Below, one piece after another: positions 28,074 to 31,975 of a DNA stretch of 31,975 bases. The first letter of the stretch is position 1, and every line of letters begins with the position of its first letter. The notes below the pieces were generated by a model, which ran no database searches, had not been told where the DNA came from, and saw only the letters and a list, made by a program, of their open reading frames with translations. The DNA is taken from contig JBBTED010000122.1 of assembly GCA_038042445.1 (NCBI GenBank), positions 1 through 31,975 of the forward strand. The letters are read 5' to 3'. Source of the stretch: Candidatus Firestoneibacteriota bacterium. GTDB lineage: Bacteria; Oederibacteriota; D2-FULL-39-29; JBBTED01. A program made the translations under genes and the position numbers.

Positions 28074-28424
28074 TGGTGGAGGCGGCGGGAGTCGAACCCG
28101 CGTCCAAAAGTGCGTCAGAACAGGCATACTACATACATATCCTTTGATTTAAATTTCGCATTATCCATCTCCCAAAGGCAGGATATGGCTAACACTATCT
28201 TGATAACGCTTCATCCTCTTTCCCTCAAGCGAAAAAAAGAGGACTATCCTGTTAAGCCGACTTTTGAAATTTTACAGGCAAAATTTCAAAAGCTTGACTG
28301 TGTTTAAGCAGCCAATGCTAACTGTTCGTCAGCGATTAAAATTTTTCCACTTGTTTTACGAGATAATGGAACCTCGGTATGCAGCCTGAACCTCAATCAC
28401 CCCTGTCGAAGCCCTTACGCCCCC
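28074..28424 (-). ncRNA. ssrA: tmRNA; tag peptide (A)ADEQLALAA
   Basis: 5' GGGGGCG...TTCGAC; 3' GCGGG-TTCGACT-CCCGC-CGCCTCC-ACCA with G3:U70; tag ORF GCT GAC GAA CAG TTA GCA TTG GCT GCT TAA at 28333-28304; downstream of smpB. Confidence 0.97.
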
Positions 28425-28444
28425 ATTGAAAATCCAAAATTTCT

Positions 28445-28494
28445 GCAGTTACTGATTTATCAGATGCTTTTTTTGCCGATAAATCGGCAACTAC
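28445..28494. repeat. GTAG-type REP doublet
   Basis: GCAG TT ACTGATTTATCAGA ... GCCGATAAATCGGC AA CTAC; CTA 28491-28493 is the smpB stop. Confidence 0.85.
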
Positions 28495-28928
28495 ATTTTA
28501 TGTCTTGATTCGCGGTCAAGGTCTCGTTTTTTTATTTGCTCGCGTTTATCGTATTGTTTTTTGCCACGTACCAATGCAAGCTCAAGTTTAATTCTATTGT
28601 CTTTAGCATACAACTTAGTAACTACTAATGTCAAGCCCTTCTGAGTAACCTTACCAATAAGACGTTTTATTTCTTCTTTATGTAATAATAATTTGCGAGT
28701 TCTCAAAGGAGCAACGTTGTATATATTCCCATAATCATAAGGTGTAATGTGCATATTAAACACAAATAATTCACCCTTATCAAATCTGCCAAAGCTATCT
28801 CTTAAGTTCGCTTTGCCTGCACGAATAGATTTAACCTCAGTCCCTTTAAGAACTATGCCTGCTTCGTAAGTCTCAAGAATTTCATAATCATAGAAAGCTT
28901 TGCGATTTGCTGCAAGTTGTTTAATCAT
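28491..28928 (-). CDS. smpB: SsrA-binding protein
   Basis: [36 protein letters not shown]. Confidence 0.97.
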   Translation of the reverse strand: MIKQLAANRKAFYDYEILETYEAGIVLKGTEVKSIRAGKANLRDSFGRFDKGELFVFNMHITPYDYGNIYNVAPLRTRKLLLHKEEIKRLIGKVTQKGLTLVVTKLYAKDNRIKLELALVRGKKQYDKREQIKKRDLDRESRHKM

Positions 28929-28936
28929 AGTATATG

Positions 28937-28965
28937 ATAATATTCGAAAAATTAGGTTATTTCAA
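28937..28965 (-). promoter_or_regulatory. sigma70 promoter of smpB (near-leaderless)
   Basis: TTGAAA-17 nt-TATTAT, 8 nt before the ATG; no SD. Confidence 0.65.
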
Positions 28966-28994
28966 GAGGAAAAATGTAGCAATTTCCAAAAATA

Positions 28995-29357
28995 TCACAA
29001 TGACATACGAAGCCCAAATTGTTTATGTCGTAAATCCACAATATATTTATTTAGTTCTGCACGATTATCCTCAGATAAATTTTCAAAATGAACACCAACA
29101 AATGCAAAATGCTGTTCTGCAATAGTTTGAGTTCTAACTATTTCACCTTTTAATTCACCAAATTGAGGTCCATCCGGCATTTTGAAAGAAATAGACACAG
29201 GCATATCAATTTCAAGTGACTCTTTTGCTATAATTCCAATCCCAGTAGCACTTATATTTGTAATTACACCCTTAATTAAATGAGCACCAGTATTAAGAGG
29301 CATTATACTCACTTCTGTAATAACTGATATTCTTACAAATTTTCTTCTTTCAGGCAT
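28995..29357 (-). CDS. PilZ-domain protein
   Basis: ERRKFVR and NISATG motifs, GVHF strand; SD AGGAGG. Confidence 0.9.
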   Translation of the reverse strand: MPERRKFVRISVITEVSIMPLNTGAHLIKGVITNISATGIGIIAKESLEIDMPVSISFKMPDGPQFGELKGEIVRTQTIAEQHFAFVGVHFENLSEDNRAELNKYIVDLRHKQFGLRMSL

Positions 29358-29435
29358 AATTCCCTCCTAAACTTGTATCTTGTATTTCGTAAGTTAAAGT
29401 CATTTACTTCATCTTTTACTTTAGGTTTTACTTCT

Positions 29436-29987
29436 TTAACGAGGTAGAGTTATATTCTGCTGTGCCTGATATTTGCCTTTTTTATCAGCATAAGATGTTT
29501 CACATATTTCATCACTTTCAAGAAATATAAGTTGAGCTATACCTTCATTTGCATATATTTTTACCGGCACAGGTGAAGTATTTGAAATCTCTAAAGTTGC
29601 ATATCCCTCCCATTCAGGCTCAAAAGGCGTAACATTCACAACAACTCCACACCTTGCATAAGTAGATTTTCCAAAACATATTGTTATCACACTTCTTGGT
29701 ATTTTAAAATATTCAACAGTACGTGCAAGAACATATGAATTAGGCGGTATAATACAAACATCACATTTGACATCTTCCATTAATTTTAAATCAAAATTTT
29801 TAGGGTCGATAATTTTATTTTCTTTTGAATGAAATATTTTGAACTCATTAGAAATTCGAATATCATATCCATAAGAAGACAATCCGTAAGAAATTACTCC
29901 GGTTTTAACTTGCTTCTCTTCAAATGGCACAATCATCTTTTCCTCACGTGCCATTTTTTTTATCCACTTATCAGATTTAACAGACAT
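29436..29987 (-). CDS. dcd: dCTP deaminase
   Basis: [47 protein letters not shown]. Confidence 0.96.
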   Translation of the reverse strand: MSVKSDKWIKKMAREEKMIVPFEEKQVKTGVISYGLSSYGYDIRISNEFKIFHSKENKIIDPKNFDLKLMEDVKCDVCIIPPNSYVLARTVEYFKIPRSVITICFGKSTYARCGVVVNVTPFEPEWEGYATLEISNTSPVPVKIYANEGIAQLIFLESDEICETSYADKKGKYQAQQNITLPR

Positions 29988-30051
29988 AATTTTTTACTAT
30001 GGTCTTGCGCTTAAAGGAAATGGTGGAACCATATTTTTCCACCAGACCATA
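29988..30051 (-). other. MVWWK element copy 3: uORF MVWWKNMVPPFPLSARP* inside a hairpin
   Basis: ATG 30050 ... CCA TAG TAA AAA ATT ATG(dcd). Nested stems TATGGTC/GACCATA and TGGTGGAA/TTCCACCA. Confidence 0.7.
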
Positions 30052-30069
30052 AAATTTTTGTTTAAGATA

Positions 30070-30144
30070 TGGCGTCCCCGACGGGATTCGGACCCGTGCA
30101 ACCACCTTGAAAGGGTGGTGACCTAACCGCTAGTCTACGGGGAC
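30070..30144 (-). tRNA. tRNA-Glu(TTC), CCA encoded, T-loop TCCGAAT
   Basis: GTCCCCG/CGGGGAC acceptor, CCACC-CTTTCAA-GGTGG anticodon arm, ACGGG/CCCGT T-stem, G73, CCA. Confidence 0.95.
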
Positions 30145-30154
30145 ACATTAAATA

Positions 30155-30227
30155 TGAGCCGGGCGCGAATCGGACGCGCGACACTCGCCTTAAAAGGGCG
30201 ATGCTCTACCAACTGAGCTACCGGCCC
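30155..30227 (-). tRNA. tRNA-Lys(TTT), CCA not encoded, T-loop TCCGATT
   Basis: GGGCCGG/CCGGCTC acceptor, GCTC/GAGC D-stem, TCGCC-CTTTTAA-GGCGA anticodon arm, GCGCG/CGCGC T-stem, A73. Confidence 0.95.
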
Positions 30228-30248
30228 GTATGACAAATTAGAAAGTCT

Positions 30249-30278
30249 ATTATAAATAAAAATACGTTTTTTTGTCTA
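30249..30278 (-). promoter_or_regulatory. sigma70 promoter of the tRNA-Lys/tRNA-Glu(-dcd) unit
   Basis: TAGACA-18 nt-TATAAT, 21 nt upstream of tRNA-Lys. Confidence 0.7.
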
Positions 30279-30329
30279 CTAAAATCGTGTGCCAGAGTGT
30301 AGTAATCGGGCATCCAGAGTCTTGTTTAA

Positions 30330-31370
30330 TCAATTTATTATGACCGGGTTATTTGAAATTTTGGGGTTTGATTTTTGTATTTCTCCAATTTGCCAAGCTT
30401 TCTCATTAAACTTATCAAGTTGAATTAATATATTTTTTACCTGTAATTTAGAAACTATCAATATCATTCCAATTCCCATATTAAAAACATCATACATTTC
30501 TGAATTACTGATTTTACCTAATTTCTGAAGAAATTTAAAAATCGGTGGTATTGTCCATGCACCTCTTTCAAGGACAGCATTTAACCCAGAAGGTAGTATT
30601 CTTGAAATATTTCCAGGAAATCCTCCTCCTGTTATATGTGCCATTGCTTTAATTGTAAATTTAGAACTTAATAAATGTGTTACTGATGTTAAATAACTCT
30701 TATGGGGTTTCAATAGTTCTTCACCAATAGTGCATTTAAGTTCTGATAAATATGCATCTACTTTGTATGTTTTTTTCTCAAACAAAAGTTTTCTCACAAG
30801 TGAATAGCCATTTGTATGTAAACCTGTTGAAGCAAGCCCTATGATTTTATCACCTGGCATTATAGTATTCCCATTTATAATTTTACCCTCTTCCACAATA
30901 CCCACTATACATCCTGCCAAATCATACTCGCCTTTAATATAAATACCAGGCATTTGTGCAGTTTCTCCACCAATTAAAACACAATTAGCTTTTTTACAGG
31001 CATAAGCTAAACCCTTAATTGTTTCTTTTACTACATTTTTATCCAATTTACTCATTGCAATATAATCTAAAAAAAATAAAGGTCTTGCTCCTTGAACCAA
31101 AATATCATTTATACAATGATTTACCAAATCTACACCAACTGTATCATATTTGTTCATCATACTTGCAATTTTTATTTTTGTCCCAACACCATCTATACTT
31201 GATACAAGAACAGGATTTTTGAAATCTTTGGATTTAAAACGAAACATTCCACCAAAACCCCCGAATTTGCCATAAACATTTTTATTGAAGGTGCTTTTAA
31301 CATATTCACCTATTTTTCTCTTTACAGCATCCCCAGCCTTTATATCTACACCCGCTTTTTTATATTGCAT
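30330..31370 (-). CDS. purM: Phosphoribosylformylglycinamidine cyclo-ligase (AIR synthetase)
   Basis: YKKAGVDI, GGFGG, DGVGTK, PLFFLDY, GGETA, GLHTNGYSL, HITGGG, FNMGIG. Confidence 0.97.
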   Translation of the reverse strand: MQYKKAGVDIKAGDAVKRKIGEYVKSTFNKNVYGKFGGFGGMFRFKSKDFKNPVLVSSIDGVGTKIKIASMMNKYDTVGVDLVNHCINDILVQGARPLFFLDYIAMSKLDKNVVKETIKGLAYACKKANCVLIGGETAQMPGIYIKGEYDLAGCIVGIVEEGKIINGNTIMPGDKIIGLASTGLHTNGYSLVRKLLFEKKTYKVDAYLSELKCTIGEELLKPHKSYLTSVTHLLSSKFTIKAMAHITGGGFPGNISRILPSGLNAVLERGAWTIPPIFKFLQKLGKISNSEMYDVFNMGIGMILIVSKLQVKNILIQLDKFNEKAWQIGEIQKSNPKISNNPVIIN

Positions 31371-31380
31371 AATGTTTAAA

Positions 31381-31409
31381 ATTATACATAAAAAACTAAA
31401 ATTTTTCTA
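31381..31409 (-). promoter_or_regulatory. sigma70 promoter of purM (near-leaderless)
   Basis: TAGAAA-17 nt-TATAAT, 10 nt before the ATG; no SD. Confidence 0.6.
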
Positions 31410-31512
31410 TAAAAATTTTGACAGTGATGGAACTATTTTGAAAAGTTAAACTTTAGTTTTTGGTGCGGAAATCCAGTACCTTTTAAATGACAAACATCCA
31501 AGAATGTATTTT

Positions 31513-31975
31513 TTACAATTGCCAGGTTAAGCCAAAGCGGTGGGAACCTAATATGCCTTTTATTGCGCTAAATGAATAGATAAACGCGTAATCCAATTTC
31601 ATTCCACTAATGAAATTATAGCTTGCTCCTAATGCTACTTCATCTAAATTTGCTCCTGTCCTTAAACTTATATCCTTGCTCTCTGTTGAATATTCTATTC
31701 CTCCATACACATTTATATCTTTTTTACCGTTTATATTCCTGTCCCTATATGACACATCTATTGCCGGTATGAATCTGCCTATACTATATGATGTACCTAT
31801 TTGTATTGTCATTGGCAATTCTTCGCCCGTCACATCGCCTAATGATAAGTTTGGTTTATTTATATTCTCTATACTTGCTCCAAGTTTTAATTCCTCATAC
31901 ATTCTATATATTATGCCTAAATTGTAACGGTTCAGAGCTTTTTGGAAGTTTTGGCTCATAAGCAAGTAGAGGGTT
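31513..31975 (-). CDS. C-terminal part of an outer-membrane beta-barrel protein (PorV/PorP-SprF-like); 5' end outside window
   Basis: Amphipathic strands with LGASIENINKP, LP..IQIGTSY, GGIEY, LRTG, LDYAF, SHRFGL. Frame is open to the window edge. Confidence 0.65.
   Translation of the reverse strand, partial: TLYLLMSQNFQKALNRYNLGIIYRMYEELKLGASIENINKPNLSLGDVTGEELPMTIQIGTSYSIGRFIPAIDVSYRDRNINGKKDINVYGGIEYSTESKDISLRTGANLDEVALGASYNFISGMKLDYAFIYSFSAIKGILGSHRFGLTWQL

Noticed and set aside
28261..28292. Perfect 13-bp inverted repeat CTTTTGAAATTTT/AAAATTTCAAAAG
   Set aside because: It is inside the tmRNA after the tag ORF and is explained as an internal helix or pseudoknot stem.
28110..28307. 65-aa + strand ORF
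   Set aside because: It lies antisense within the tmRNA.
10033..28494. GCCGATAAATCGGCAACTAC repeats as a CRISPR array
   Set aside because: Copies are dispersed over kilobases, with no regular spacers and no cas genes.
30011..30050. TGGTGGAACC as a T-box antiterminator, or the element as a known riboswitch or ribozyme
   Set aside because: That string is on the non-coding strand, and there is no stem I, terminator, or hammerhead/ZTP core.
31461..31470. TGGTGCGGAA as a tRNA 3'-end/att remnant
   Set aside because: Only 10 nt, with no T-arm next to it, no match to the local tRNAs and no integrase.
31371..31512. Purine or ZTP riboswitch upstream of purM
   Set aside because: No consensus motifs, and the likely promoter sits 10 nt from the ATG.
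1602..31927. Many short antisense or nested ORFs in the six-frame track (e.g. 13905-14381, 14868-15257, 19026-19400, 24370-24744, 26082-26456)
   Set aside because: They are shadows of well-supported genes, with no recognisable motifs or RBS.

Overview
Low-GC bacterial chromosomal region, probably a diderm: it ends in an outer-membrane beta-barrel gene fragment, but the lineage cannot be determined from the sequence alone. It is mostly housekeeping and metabolic genes on the minus strand. From left to right: partial ORF6N gene, PilZ gene, PBP1A and an OYE flavin oxidoreductase (+); a long minus-strand run (dnaJ-like, patatin, ispH, rpsA, sppA, FmdB zinc ribbon, hemerythrin, Gfo/sugar-isomerase/Gfo/PHP block, pyrR-pyrB-pyrC-aroD); an isolated + strand secreted GH-A-type glycoside hydrolase; a beta-oxidation cluster (thioesterase, PaaK-like ligase, thiolase, FadJ-type enzyme, acyl-CoA dehydrogenase, lipase); ssrA-smpB, a second PilZ gene, dcd, tRNA-Glu, tRNA-Lys, purM and a PorV/PorP-like barrel fragment. 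No CRISPR array, integrase or transposase is visible. Three things stand out. (1) Both tRNAs carry C at the near-invariant U55 (T-loop TCCGA), while the neighbouring tmRNA keeps TTCGA. (2) A repeated hairpin element encoding MVWWK mini-ORFs occurs three times, twice in frame immediately before a start codon. (3) Three families of REP-like palindromes fill many intergenic gaps and sometimes supply stop codons or an SD.
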